Assembly: GCF_009834535.1 (NCBI RefSeq)
Contig: NC_045697.1
Span: 47,432,001 to 47,496,000 of the forward strand
DNA from: Camelus ferus
Lineage: Eukaryota
Direction of reading: 5' to 3'
Length of the DNA stretch: 64,000 nucleotides
Position numbers and translations under genes: made by a program. The first letter of the stretch is position 1; every line of letters starts with the position of its first letter. Positions 13,451 to 25,826 of this stretch are shown in pieces. Under the pieces are notes generated by a model, which was not told where the DNA came from, searched no databases, and saw only the letters and a program-made list of their open reading frames with translations.

Positions 13451-14175
13451 CGTGGCTGCAGAACAGGGGTAAAATAAAGCAAATAATCAGCAAAATAAGA
13501 GAACGACCTGTCCAGTGAGGACTATGCCTTGAACCAAGGGGGAAAACTGACTCAATTATCTGCAACTGAGATCCAAAAATGGGGAAATAAGATTCCCATT
13601 TAATACCTACTTTTGACAAACACTGAGGTGTTTATACAGGCTTGATTCTGATGCAGCCATACTTAGTGTCTGGAGTTTCTCAGGAGTTCTTGCATCCATG
13701 TGCATCAGTTTTCATTATAATGCCAAGAGAATACTCTGCTGACTTGAACCTGCTCAACACCTGCCTGTCTAGTCCTGTACCAGTCGTCCTGTAACAGGAT
13801 GTCTGCTGACCTGGGACAGGGACCCAAGCATTAGAGAAGTGTCTCTTCCTCCTCTAGGTAACATTAGTGGGGTGTGTTCACCTCCAATGTAGTTTTAAAT
13901 TAAGAGGAGGCCCCATTCATTTGATTCTGCTAAATTCCAAAGAAATGTTCTACAGCCTCCAAATATCTCAGCTCAACCAATGACACAGGTATTTGATTGT
14001 AAGTGGGAGACAGAGAGGGAAGCCACACAGAATAGATGGTATTGTTAAAAGTATGAGCAATTAATTAGAAAATTCTTAGGATGGTCAGAATTTGTCTAAA
14101 TTACCTCACTATGGACAAATAAAAGCATCAAGGAAGGAGAGAATCCCATCTTTCAGCCACCACAAATCCACTTAC

Positions 14176-14381
14176 TTTCTCCCCTTTGAGAAACGTAATC
14201 CGCGAAGAGTCTGTGTTTCTTCTCTCCTCAAAGTCCTCCATGACCTGAGCTGAATGGCCCTGCGTATAGCACCTCACTGATGACTCATAGCTCAGGTCTC
14301 CACTCCGAATAACAGGCACATGTAGGACACCCTCCTTCTCCTTCACTAGGAGCAAATCCTTGGCAAATTGCATGCTGGGCA
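14176..14381 (-). CDS. FRAS1: FRAS1 window exon 21/27 (206 nt), Calx-beta 4
   Basis: ccag|TG...AAA|gtaagt; PSMQFAKDLLLVKEKEGVLHVPVIRSGDLSYESSVRCYTQ...RITFLKGEK; phase 1 to 0. Confidence 0.96.
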
Positions 14382-15159
14382 CTGGATAAGCAGAAGGAAA
14401 GACAGAGACATCATTAGAGGGAGACTGAGGGAGGTGGCTGTAGCCCTCTTGGGCTCTGGGCAGCCACATGGCAGGAAGGCTCCACTAAGGGCCACCATGG
14501 GCTGACAAATCACACGTGGTAAGCAGATTTCAAGGCCTTACTGCTGCTCTCAGGACACGGGAACTGCTTCCACTACGAGTGTAGTTTCAACAAAGTAGAA
14601 TGAATCAAGTCTGCACCTGTTTTTGCTCAGCTTCAGGGCACAGTCACCATCTCAGATGCAGACAGGTGATGCAAGGATGGAAATGGGCCAAGTGGAAGGA
14701 AAAGTCTGACAGAGACTGGAGTATTCAGAAAAATTCTCCTTCCTGCTAAGGCTACACAAAAGAAAACAGCAATGCAAGCCAATGATAAATGGCCACTCAC
14801 ATTGGTCCTGGACCAGGGATACAATAGGGAAGAGTGGGGACTTTGGTAAAGAGGAAAGAGCAGGTCATGTTTGTGGGGGGTAGGGTTGCCCCTCATCTTC
14901 ATTCTTTTGTTGGCAGATCTTCTTATTTTCCAAAGAAACCAGAGATCTGCCTTTTTATGTCCTTGCTCCTAAATTTTAAAAGAGCAAGCAATTAAAATAG
15001 TAAAGAGAAATTCCTTATAGACCCAAACTGTTGACTCCAAATAAAACACATCCACATGCTAAATGTGGCCAGTGGGTCCCAGTCCATGACTCCTGCTACA
15101 CAGTTACTTCTTCTTTAATAACTCACATGGCCTCACTGGACTTTAGGGAGGGACAACAG

Positions 15160-15395
15160 CCAAATAGCGGTTAAAAACAAGGACGTCAGAGTAAACAGGC
15201 CTGAATTTCCATCTCAGCCTCGCCACTTATTGGCCGTATGATATAGCAAGTTACTTAGATTTTCTGAGCCTTGAGGTTTTTTGGTATGTAAATTGGAAAT
15301 ACTGAACTAGAATTATTGGGAGGATTGAACTTAACGAGATTATGTATGCATGGTGCTCAATAGTGTATCTAGCACACAGCAGACACTCACATTTT
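15160..15395 (+). mobile_element. MIR SINE
   Basis: agcggttaaaaac...gccacttattggccgtatg...gcaagttacttag...tctagcacacagcag. Confidence 0.75.
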
Positions 15396-17319
15396 GGCAG
15401 GAATTATTACATTATGGTTTGTATTGCCCCCTATCTCCAGGCTTCTCCATGCAAAGAATCAGCTTTTCCCCCTTGCTTCCTACCATGCCGTCCGTAGTGC
15501 TCGGCATTAAGACATGGCCCCTTCCGAGACAACATCTTGTTGACTGCCACTTATTATTTAGCGAACAACACAAAGAGGTAGTCCATCCAGTCATGTGCCA
15601 GGTTAGTCTCTGGGGCTGCAGGAAGCTGACCCTAAAACTACAGTCACCTACTTCCTGGCTGCGTCCTGGCTGTACCCCATCAAACCTCACTGAAAGGAAG
15701 GAAGAGAAGGCGTGAACACCAGGCTGTCTGCAAATCAGTATGGAGAAAGCTCTCTTTGCCTCCAACCTGCCCACTGCTCAGAGCTGTTGGCATTAGCAAA
15801 CATAACACAAAGCCACTATCTGAGCTAAGCCTAACAGTTCCCATGTACCACTGAAGAAAAACCTGGAAGATAACTCTTCAAAGAACACCACACCTAAAAG
15901 AAGATGAGTGACTTCGGCATCAGGCCCTGCCCATCAGCTGTCTGGGGCTCCTTCCATCTGTCTGTGCTGCTGAAAGGCAGGTGGGAATGACATGACATTG
16001 CCCAGGGGGACAATGAGGACGCTTGTTGCCAAGTAAAAAGCAACACAGGCAAGAAAGCTTTTCTGCTCCTGGCAGATTACCTAATGCTTTGGATTGATTT
16101 TTCTTACTGGTTCAACAAGCAATAAGTTGGAGGAGAGTTAAAAGCTAAATGGCGATGTTTGGATTTTGTCATATATTAATCAACCCCAGATTCCTCTTGA
16201 GCTGTATGTAAAAAGACCTTTCTCCCTTTCTTTCTATTTAACAGATATTAACCCTTACTCCTATGCCTATCTGCTAAAATAAAAAAAAAAAAAAGAAAAG
16301 AAAAGAAAGGGAAGTGAGTGAATGAACACTTCTCATGACTGCCTCCTGGGAAGAGTCCCTGCTTTTAAGGAGCCCCTAGTCCAGTGGCAGATGGACTGGG
16401 AGTCCAGTGGGAGGCAGAGACAATGGAAAGACAGTGGCCAGGTTCTGGGATAGATTTATGTGTGGGGGTCATGGCATATATAGAAAGGGCCCAGCCTGGG
16501 GCAGGCATTGTGTTAAGGGCTTCCATACAATTCATGTCATCCTCTCAACAACCCTGCCGGCACTGCAATCTCCACAGGAAGTATGGACGTTGGCCCTGGG
16601 GGTCAGTCCTGCCTGATTGCAGAAAACCTCTTTCCTCACAGATGGAAAATAGAAATGGAATGGGAAACAGAAACCACTCCCTGAAGGCTCACGGGCTGGC
16701 AGTGGGTATTACGCACTACTGTCAACGCCTCTCTGAGACCATCAATTTGCAGTTATCTTCTTATTTGTGTAAGTCTTGTGTCCTGAAATACATTGCGGGA
16801 CACTGTTCTCTACTCCTCTGTAACCCCGAGTGCTGAGCATCAGTCTCAGGCCTGGGAAGTGTCACCCAGCACTGTTACCCACTAATCTTCTATGTAACTG
16901 ACAAGGTGAGTGTAAACACCACCGCCTGGAACGCTGTGGCCTCTTTATGGGCAATGGCTAAGTTGGAGATTTAGGAAGAGCCCTGCCTCTGGTTCTGTGA
17001 TTAATGAGCAGGTGAGACACAGCTGCATATACAGGCGTGCAGTGAGGCAGCGGCTCCAAGGCCTTTCTTGCCTTGCTCAGCATTCTTCAGACACCAAAGT
17101 CCAATTCCAAGTATCAGAGCAGAGGAGAAAGAAAACAGAAAAGGCTCTGTGATGAGCTACTCAGATGATTTAAGGGCCTGAAACCAGCCCAGTGGAGAGA
17201 GATAAAAGGAACTAAGATCACTTCAGAAGGCTGGAAGCTGACTTTACAAGGGCCTTGAGTGACATTAAGTCTTGTTACACGAGGGTGGTGGCCACCTAAA
17301 ACTGTGATATAAAAAGTCA

Positions 17320-17520
17320 ACATAGTAGCGTATAAATCCAGAAGACTGGACTTGGATAGAACAGACCTGGGTTTTAACTCTGGCTCCATCACCTCCTCTC
17401 TTAATCTTAAATTGATCAACCTCAGTTTCCCAAACTGGAGAGGATTAGAGATAATGTAATTAGAGATTTTTCTACCCTAGACTGTGCACATTGAAGAGAC
17501 TCAACAAAAGTTAGCGATTA
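17320..17520 (+). mobile_element. MIR SINE
   Basis: cagacctgggttttaactctggctcc...cctcagtttccc...ctcaacaaaagttagcgatta. Confidence 0.65.
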
Positions 17521-17524
17521 CTAG

Positions 17525-18038
17525 AATCAATTGAAAAAAAAAAAGCACAACCTAGAAGTTGAGAGTTATGTTTTATTTGGCAGATTTTCTGAAGACTCGA
17601 GCCCCAGAGGTGGCCTCTTAGACAGCTAATTCCGAGACTGCTCTGAAGAGGTAGGGGAGGAGCCAGGAAATACAGGAGTTTTTGCAACAAAGATCAGGTA
17701 GTCAGAAAAGATTACTGTTAATTAAAGAACCAGACATCTCAAATTAAGGAACTTAGCATTTTTCTTTGTATGGGAAGTACTTCTCAATGAGTCTGGGCTC
17801 ACTGAAATCATTCCTTTGATGTGCACCTAGCCATCTAGAGCCAGTATCCTGTTCATTCCCAAGCTCAGTCCCCTCAGGGTGCACCGCTGGGGGTGGTGGC
17901 AGAGGACAGGCTGCCTGCTTGTCTGCATCCTGAGTTCCCTCCAGCTCACTGGGTTGGTGGGGGGAACTGGTAGTGGGTGATGGGTGATGTCTTCAGTGTC
18001 CTTTGCTTACCGATCTGGCCAGCAATATTTTGTTCACA
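17525..18038 (-). mobile_element. ERV1-type solo LTR (~514 bp), same orientation as FRAS1
   Basis: Minus strand starts TGTGAACAAAA and has AATAAA (17572-17577) near its 3' end; flanked by the 4-bp direct repeat CTAG (17521-17524 and 18039-18042); no internal ERV sequence; the terminal CA is mutated. Confidence 0.8.
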
Positions 18039-18349
18039 CTAGGGAAAAGGATAATCAACAGAAGTAATGGGTGAACACTGCAATGGGTTACCAAAATAGG
18101 TTTGCAGATTTCTTTCTCTGGAATAAATTCTTGACTGAATATATATTGTTGTAGCCTTCCTGAAAGATATTTTATTTAACATATTCATTTTCTAAGTTTG
18201 CAACCCTAATGTCCATCAATAAAATACAAGAATGATCTAAATGGAATCTTCTACATTGATCAGAGTGCAGTGAAGATTGTGTGTTACTGGAGTCCCACTG
18301 GCAAGTGTGATAAATTACAGATGCATCAGGAAGAAAAGAAGTAATCATG

Positions 18350-18560
18350 TAATAAAACCTTCTATGTGCCAGGTACTGGGGTAGGTATTTTCATATATTT
18401 TATCTAATTTAATCCTTACAGCAATCTCGTAGGTATATTCATTATTTACAGGTGAGCAAAATGAGGCTCAGTAACCTCAAGGCAATGAGCAAGGAAGGCC
18501 AGAGAGCAAGGAAGTGGTGGGCTGGGATTGTATTTAGGATTTCTGACTTTGCATTCACTT
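18350..18560 (-). mobile_element. MIR SINE
   Basis: ctatgtgccaggtactg...tttaatccttacagcaatc...tttacaggtgagcaaaatgaggctcag. Confidence 0.75.
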
Positions 18561-18974
18561 TCCACTTCATCAGAGGGAAATTCACTGTCCTTTCATGCAA
18601 AAGAGTGAGAAGCCTTTTTAAGAATAAAAAGAATAACTGAATTTCCTTCTTTCTTCTTTTTTAACTTCTTTAAAGAAAAAAAAAATCCCACGTATTCTTC
18701 CACTGCACTAAATAGGACCATTTCGCGTAGTGCAAAGTATTAACTTGGAGCCAAAAGTCCTAGAATGCATGCTGGTTCCTCCATATACTAGACTTTGGGT
18801 GACTTGTTTACTTGGCTGAATATCAGTTTATTTATCCACAAAATAGAACAAGAGTAAAATCATAATATTATAAGCAAAGGAGATAATGTTTAATAGATCA
18901 CTCTAAACTTTGACGTAACACGCAACATAATATAGTATAATTGTTATAATCGTGTTCATGGTTATAAGTTACCA

Positions 18975-19905
18975 TTTTGTGAATCACAAACTCAAATGTA
19001 AAACTTAAAACTATAAAACTTCCATAAAATAACATAGGAGAAAATCTTGGTAACTTTGGGCTAGGCAAATATTTTTTAGATATAACACTAAAAGCAAAAT
19101 CCATAATAGAAACATCAGTAAACAGGACTACTTCAGAATAAAAAAATGATTGTTCTTTGAAAGACATTGTTAAGAGAACAAAAAACAAGCAACAGATTGG
19201 GATAAAATATTTGTGAAAAACAAATCTTTGTCCAGAATCTAAAATGATGCAAGAGTAGAAGAGAAAAACAACCCAATTTAAAAAATGGGGAAAATATTTG
19301 AACCAAAAAGGACATACGAATGGCAAGTAAGCACCAGAAAAGACCTCAATGTCATTAGTCACTCACTATATACCTACCTGAATAACTAGCTAAAAGGGCC
19401 CACAAAAACCTGATAACAGCAAATGCTGGTGAAGATGTGGAGCAACTGGAATTCTACACACTGCTGGTGGTAATGTGAAATAGTTGCAACCACTTCAGAA
19501 AACAGGCTGGCTCTTTCTAATAATGCTAAACAAACACTTACCCATCTGACCCAGCAACCCTGCTTGTAAGTACTGACTCCAGAGAAATGAAAACCTATAT
19601 TCACACAGGAAAATACTCAGCAATAAAGGGAATGAACCACTCATATTTACAACAACACAGACAACTCTCAAAAGCAGTGTTCCAAGTGAAAGAAGCCAGA
19701 CTCAAGATGGTACCTATTACACAATTCCACTTCTATGACATTCTGGAATGGCAAAATTTAGGGACAGAGAACAGATTGGTGGGTGCCAGGGCTTGGGATG
19801 GGGAGAGGAGGACCACGAAGGGACAGGAGGGAATTTCGCATCTTGATTGTGGTGGCGGGTGAATTTTCATCTATGTAAGTTAGATCTCAATAAACCTGAC
19901 TCTAA
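18975..19905 (+). mobile_element. Old L1 (L1MB/MC-like) 3' fragment
   Basis: aaaactataaaacttcc...aacataggagaaaatctt, gacccagcaa, aagtgaaagaagccagactca, ending ctcaataaa. Confidence 0.85.
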
Positions 19906-20439
19906 AATAAGATACGACTTTGGATATATGCAAATATGTACATTTTTTTTCTTTTGAAGGATGTGCACAAGAGCAACAACAACAACAAATGGTTAAAACA
20001 GTTGTCTCCAGGGAGGTGAGCTGGAGGGTTGAGACAGCGGCAGAAGGAAGACAAACATCATGGTATACCTTTTTTGCTGTTTGCTTTTCTTTTTTACTAT
20101 ATAAATAAATAAATAATTTAAAAACATTAAAGATCACCCTGCCGGTCTGCCCTTTCCTTCTCTGGTGACTTTTCATCACTGAAGAGTTTAACCCTGGGCT
20201 CTATGTCAGTCAGTGGGGATGCTGATGAGGGTCCTCCTGCTTGAGGTGAGAGGTTTGACTTGATTTTTCCACCCAACTCTCGAATCTGACACGTTTCACC
20301 AGTTCTTTCCCAGAAGCAACTGCTCTTTCCTGTTCATTCTCATGTTACCTAGGGCAGCTCTTCCGTGGGGATTCACATTCTTGTATACAGACCTGTGTGT
20401 GTTCGTTCCTGCACGCCATCCTCAGGACGGCCAATATCA

Positions 20440-20930
20440 GTTTCCTCAAACAAACATCACACCACTCCTCTGCTTAGACGCATCTGCTGCTTCCCTTTAC
20501 CTACAAATCCCTGATGCTGGAACAAAACACCTCTAAGACCTTGACTCCCACCTATCTCTCCATATCATTTCCTTCCACTCTCCTCCTGCCAGACTCAAAG
20601 CAAAAGTAAGCATCTCACTGTGCTCCAAATAAGCATCTTTCAAAATTGGGCACCTTACATACACTATACCTCTCCATTTAGCAAAGCTTTAGTTTATTAT
20701 CCCTTACACAAACTCCTACCACACCTGAAGACTGTTTAAATATCACCTTCTTTGTGAAATCTTCCATGTGTGAAATCCACACATAGTTACTGTTCAGTCC
20801 CCTCTGCTCCCACACTACTGGAACTATCTCACAGTCATTTATCATAACACATCCTATTTTTTTCTGTTTAAGGATCTGATCCCCTAAGTAGACCTTGAGC
20901 TTCTTGAAAACACAGCCCAACCAAGGCTTA
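20440..20930 (+). mobile_element. L2 fragment interrupted at its 3' end by the Tigger1 MITE
   Basis: Pyrimidine-rich L2 body (catcacaccactcctctgctta..., aaatatcaccttctttgtgaa); the 3' tail resumes at about 21425-21465 (tgtgcctagcagcgtgccagg). Confidence 0.6.
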
Positions 20931-20933
20931 TAA

Positions 20934-21421
20934 CAGGTACACCTCACTGTATTGCATTTCGCTTTACTGCACTTTGAAGATACTATGTTTCTAACATATT
21001 AAAGGTTTACAGCAAGCCCCTGTTGAGAAAGTCTATCGGCACCATTTTTCCAACATTTGCTCATTTTGTGTCTCTGTGTTACATGCTGGCAATTCTCCCA
21101 ATATTTCAAACTTTTTCATTGTTATTATACTTTTAGGGTGATGTGTGATCAGTGATCTTTGGTGTTACTACTGCAAAAATATTATGCTTTACTGAAGGTA
21201 TAGATGATGATTAGCATTTTTTAGTAATAAAATATTTTTTGATTAATAATATTTAATAAATATTTTTGACATAATACTATTGCATATGTAATACAGTATA
21301 GTATAGTGTAAACTCTTGTATATACTGAGAAACCAAAAAATTCGTGTGACTTGCTTAATGTGATACTCACTTTAATATGGTGACCTGGACCTGAACATGC
21401 AGTCTCTCCAAAGTATGCCTG
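20934..21421 (+). mobile_element. Tigger1-derived internally deleted DNA transposon (Tigger1a-type MITE, TcMar)
   Basis: Terminal inverted repeats CAGGTACACCT...AAGTATGCCTG; Tigger1 left-end (aagtctatcggcaccatttttccaaca) and right-end (gaaaccaaaaaattcgtgtgact) sequences are joined with no transposase. Confidence 0.88.
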
Positions 21422-21525
21422 CATGTCTTTTTGTGCCTAGCAGCGTGCCAGGAACATGAATGATTATTTCTGCCCCACGTTTCCACGTAAAAGTGCGCGC
21501 ATGCATGTACTCGTAGACACATATG

Positions 21526-21545
21526 CACACACACACACACACACA
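21526..21545. repeat. (CA)n microsatellite, ~10 units
   Basis: Direct reading. Confidence 0.9.
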
Positions 21546-21646
21546 TTTCTTGAAGGAAAATGTGAATTCCAACGTCATATACATGGATGTTGTGGAAAAA
21601 AGAGAAATTTAGTCTGAACCACCAGCTAGCATCCCCAATCTCTTAC

Positions 21647-21794
21647 CGTCCTGGAATGTGTCGTTAATTGCGATGACAGCCTGGAAGGGTTTGGTCAGTT
21701 CGGCCCCTTGTGCTGAGCTGAGGAAAACCACAAACGTCTCCAGCCCTTCAATGACTGGATACTGAGTGTCATCCAGGATTGTCAGGGGACAATG
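21647..21794 (-). CDS. FRAS1: FRAS1 window exon 20/27 (148 nt; not in the ORF track), Calx-beta 3
   Basis: ctag|CAT...GACG|gtaaga; HCPLTILDDTQYPVIEGLETFVVFLSSAQGAELTKPFQAVIAINDTFQD(V); phase 0 to 1. Confidence 0.95.
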
Positions 21795-21839
21795 CTAGGA
21801 GAGAAATCGGGACGTTAACTGGACTTACTGCAGTGTTCC

Positions 21840-21945
21840 TCTCACAATACATGTAAATACCGAATCACTGTTACACACCTGAATCTAATATAATGTTGTA
21901 TGTCTATCATAACTCCATAATTTTTTTTTTAATTTAAAAAAGAGG
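21840..21945 (+). mobile_element. Short L1 3'-terminal fragment (L1MA-like)
   Basis: aatcactgttacacacctgaatctaatataatgttgtatgtc followed by an A/T-rich tail. Confidence 0.65.
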
Positions 21946-22330
21946 AAAAATCAAAGCAAATCTTACAGAATGCTCACCACCCAACACCCATTTGCTTTTG
22001 GGAGATTAGGACAAAGGTGACAACTTTCCTTTCTTTGGTCGTCTTTAAGTGAATTTTTTAAATCCATAAAGTGATAATCTCTTCATCACGTATTTTAGGT
22101 ATCTTTCCTAGATACTTGCATCAAACAAGTGCAGTTTCTATCCTGTCATGCTGGATATTAGATGCTGAAAATGGCATTTGGAGAGTTTATAGAAGATCTC
22201 TCCAAGTTTGTTCTCTTGTTTGTGTTTTTAAGAAAGGGAAGATGGTAATATTGCAAGGGGAGTTAAGAGTCCTCCAGTGAGTGTGGAGAGCAGACTAGAG
22301 ACAACACAACAGACCCGTCTGTACGCGCAC

Positions 22331-22491
22331 CTGCTCGGTGACACCTGGCCCAAACTCCACCTTCCTAGAGCTGGGGACGTAGTCAACTCCTGGAGTGGCA
22401 GAAGCGGGGTCCGAGGGCCGTGTAGCACACCAGACAGACGTGAAGGTGGAAAGGTCAGTCCCGTGGCGGATCACTGGAATCGTCACTGTGC
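22331..22491 (-). CDS. FRAS1: FRAS1 window exon 19/27 (161 nt), Calx-beta 3
   Basis: tcag|GC...CAG|gtgcgc; TVTIPVIRHGTDLSTFTSVWCATRPSDPASATPGVDYVPSSRKVEFGPGVTEQ; phase 1 to 0. Confidence 0.95.
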
Positions 22492-23249
22492 CTGAATTGA
22501 GAGTCATACATTTCAATGGTCAACCTTGAACCAGAAAATGAGTGCAGTTTTCAGAACAAAGTCCTCCCTCCCAGCAGCAGACGCTTTGTCCTGCTAGATT
22601 GTCCAGTCCAGCTTCAGTGATGCTCCCGTGCTCCCGCCAAGGAAGGCTGCGCGGTGTTATGGCCCGTCTTTGTACTGACACTAAGGGCAACCAGACCTGA
22701 AGGAGGCCTCATGGAGGTGGGTGCTGGAGGGACAGCCCTTGGGGGAAAGTGGTTTTGTGGCTTCATGAGGGAGACTGTCTCCACACTGTGAAAAGAACAA
22801 TGAACTTAAGAGGGGAGGGTCCACTGAAAAACATCTCAAGCTTATTTAGGGAGAAGAAACTCAGAGAGCAGGGCCTCAGGGATGAGCCAGAAAATAGCCA
22901 ATTAAGGAAGAACCAGCTTTGGGACTCTATGGGGCCTGGAGCTGAATGTTCCTAATTAAATGTTCCTAACTGGGAAATTGGGTGATTTCCCTATTTTATC
23001 CGAGTGGCGCACACGTCATTGCTTAAACCATATGTGCTTATTGCTTATCTTGGGAATGAAGCTCCTCTTCTGGTTGCTGGGACAACATACTTTGTAGGGT
23101 CCTAATGATATCCATGTACATTTTTAGTTGTTTTCACAGTGGAGGTCAGAGAAAAGCTACATGACAAGCCCATCAATCACACTTTTCTAGCCAATGAGCT
23201 GGGGGATGACAAGCAGTCATAGCTCGGGCTTTGGCGTATGGGAAAGGAA

Positions 23250-23430
23250 ACATGGTATATTAGAAGGCTCTGGGTTCTAATCCCAGCTCTGGCATATGAG
23301 CTGATCTTTGATGATTTATTTTATCTCTCTGGGACTCCACTGGCTCTTTGATATAAATGAGAATGAGTGGAATGCACACGGCATGGTGCCTGGCATTCAG
23401 CAAGTGCTCAAAAATATTAGTTCCTACTAT
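23250..23430 (+). mobile_element. MIR SINE
   Basis: ctgggttctaatcccagctctg...ggtgcctggcattcagcaagtgctcaaaaatattag. Confidence 0.7.
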
Positions 23431-24033
23431 CCCTCAGAATATCACCTTCGAAGAGGTGAACGGTCTTGAGCAGGTGGCTCAGATCAGCAGACACTCAGCC
23501 CAGCTGCTGCCTCTTCCGGATGTATGTCAGAGACTTTGAGATCCTCACGGAGGCAAAAGGGGGAAGAGGACTGGGTAGAAGAAATCTGCCCACTGACTGC
23601 CTCAGGCTGTTATGTGAATGAGAAAATTCCATTTGTTAAGACACTGAAACTACGGGATTTATTTGTGTTGGCAGCTAGCAGTACACTAAATCATTTACCT
23701 CCATCCTCAACAGATCACATTCCCCTCCTTCATGGGCTGAAATACTTAGCACCACGCCCACCCTCTGGACCACAGAGGTCAGCTAGTGAACTCAAAGCCA
23801 GATCCCTCCCTGCTATCAGTAACCAGAGCAGGAAAAGTGGGTGGAACTCTCTAATCTTCACTGCCTTCCCTTCTTGGTCTGGCTGCCTCACATTAACGTG
23901 CCTCAGACCGACGATGGTGTCGCTGAGGAACGGCATTCTCCATGTTCTTAAGGGCATTCTCAAAGCTAAGAGGGCACTGTTCAAGAAAGGGATCAGGAGA
24001 TGGGTGACGGCACCCAGAGATGCTCTCCTTTAC

Positions 24034-24378
24034 CTGCATCCTCGCTGACAGTAAAAGCCGTGTTGCCCAGGCACACAGTGGAGGCATCATTGGGGCCGCT
24101 AATGAGCACCTTGGCCGACGCCACCCTTCCGATGCGGGCGTTGTCAGAAGCATCTGTCAGGGCAATCTCAAACTCTTCTTCCTCTTCGTACTCGCTGTCA
24201 TCAATGAGCATGACGTCGCAGGTGGACATGGTGACACCCGGCCCGAATATCACACGACTCTCAGCAGACATCCCTCTAGATTTAAAATCAGAGCCTGATT
24301 CTAGAGCATAGAGGCTACTTCCCATAGCTGACTTAGGGACTGTGTAGCAAATGGCAGATACGATGCTGCTTGAATCCC
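24034..24378 (-). CDS. FRAS1: FRAS1 window exon 18/27 (345 nt), Calx-beta 2/3
   Basis: tcag|GG...GCAG|gtaaag; DSSSIVSAICYTVPKSAMG...IDDSEYEEEEEFEIAL...AFTVSEDA(G); phase 1 to 1. Confidence 0.96.
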
Positions 24379-25579
24379 CTGAAATAAAAATGGCAAGAAA
24401 ACCAAAGTATTTGAATAAGCACTTCTCACACTTAAAAATCTCTGGTAATTTGATGGGCTTTATTTCCTCTGACATATTCCATCATGATTTCTGCTCAAAC
24501 CCTGACATGAAACCTTCCTGCTTTGCAGTTTCTTAAGCCTGTGGTATAAACCACTTGAGGATTTAATACACCCCAGATACTTCACCAAACAACTTGAAAT
24601 GGATTTCCTGTTCTGTGAATTTTGTGCTTTGTTAATTCACAAGACTCATTGCCCACCATCTAAGACCACAGAGGAGGGAGAGATATGAGACATACTTGGT
24701 CCTTTAAGTAGCAAAGTAATTGTGTCCTGAAGGCAGAGCTATGAGCACAGTTCACTGCCTTTCTGAATAAACTTCCACACATTAACTCCCAGGGAGAAAC
24801 AAGCTTATTTGTTTGTTTGTTTGTTTGTTTTTAAAGGAAATACCAAATAAAATAAAAGCTGCCTCTCTGTACAAATGACTGTACTCATTAGTGCTGCCAC
24901 TTCCCTGGGTGACAGCCTGCCTGGGCTCGGCTGGCCGGCCCCGAGCAGTCACGGGGCTTGCTTGTTCTCCATGCTGCATTGCCCTGGGCTGGCGCTCTCT
25001 GCAGGGTTTGCTGCACTGACACCTGGTCAGCAGATGCAACAAAGTATCTGACATCATCACTTACAGTCAGGTTGTGGCTTTGAATGGGGATTTAATTTCC
25101 ACGTGTTTACTTCTCACACACAGTTTATTTCTCATCTGAGCTCTAACTGTGACATTCATATGCGGAAATCTTTAAGCACATTTTCTGTCTTCCAAGAACT
25201 AAGACAAGAAGTCAGTTCTTACAAACTGTAACTACCCTCCTGGACCACTAAAGGCTACTAAATGTTCTATGAATTGGGTGATTGACTAAGAATTCCGAGT
25301 TCATGAGTCATTAGCAAGGCCAAATATAATCAGTCTTCTGGGTCCATTAAAGAAAAAATAGGAGTGATAACAACTTGAACTAAGAAAAGAAGCCTTCTGA
25401 TAGTACTAACTATAGGTAGGATGGTTATTGGGGATTCTAGGGATTTAGATGCACATTTTTAATGAACCTAAAGTACTTACACAGGAGTTAATATGGTACA
25501 TGAGCACGCGGCACATAAAAGGGAATCAATAAATGTTAGCTATTACGATAGCTCCTTGTCACCTTTGGTACCAACAGAC

Positions 25580-25826
25580 CTTTTCTTTCAATAGGTGCAA
25601 AGAGAAAGCCAGCGCTCTCGTTGACCCGGTAGGTCTTCTTATCAAACTCTAATGTGGGCTCGTCCTCAGTGTCATTGATAATGACCTTCGCCTGGGTGAG
25701 CTCCCCTAACAGGGCGTACGCTGGCATGCTGAGCTCCACGGTGAAACTCTCGACATTCTCAAACACGTCGTCATCATTGATGACGATGGTGCAGGACTTG
25801 GTGTCCTCTCGCTCATCAAACTGCAC
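25580..25826 (-). CDS. FRAS1: FRAS1 window exon 17/27 (247 nt), Calx-beta 1/2
   Basis: gcag|GTG...AAAG|gtctgt; VQFDEREDTKSCTIVINDDDVFENVESFTVEL...YRVNESAGFLFAPIERK(G); phase 0 to 1. Confidence 0.95.

Noticed and set aside
23524..24048. 174-aa plus-strand ORF
   Set aside because: It crosses a probable MaLR fragment and intronic sequence antisense to FRAS1, with no family resemblance or supporting gene structure.
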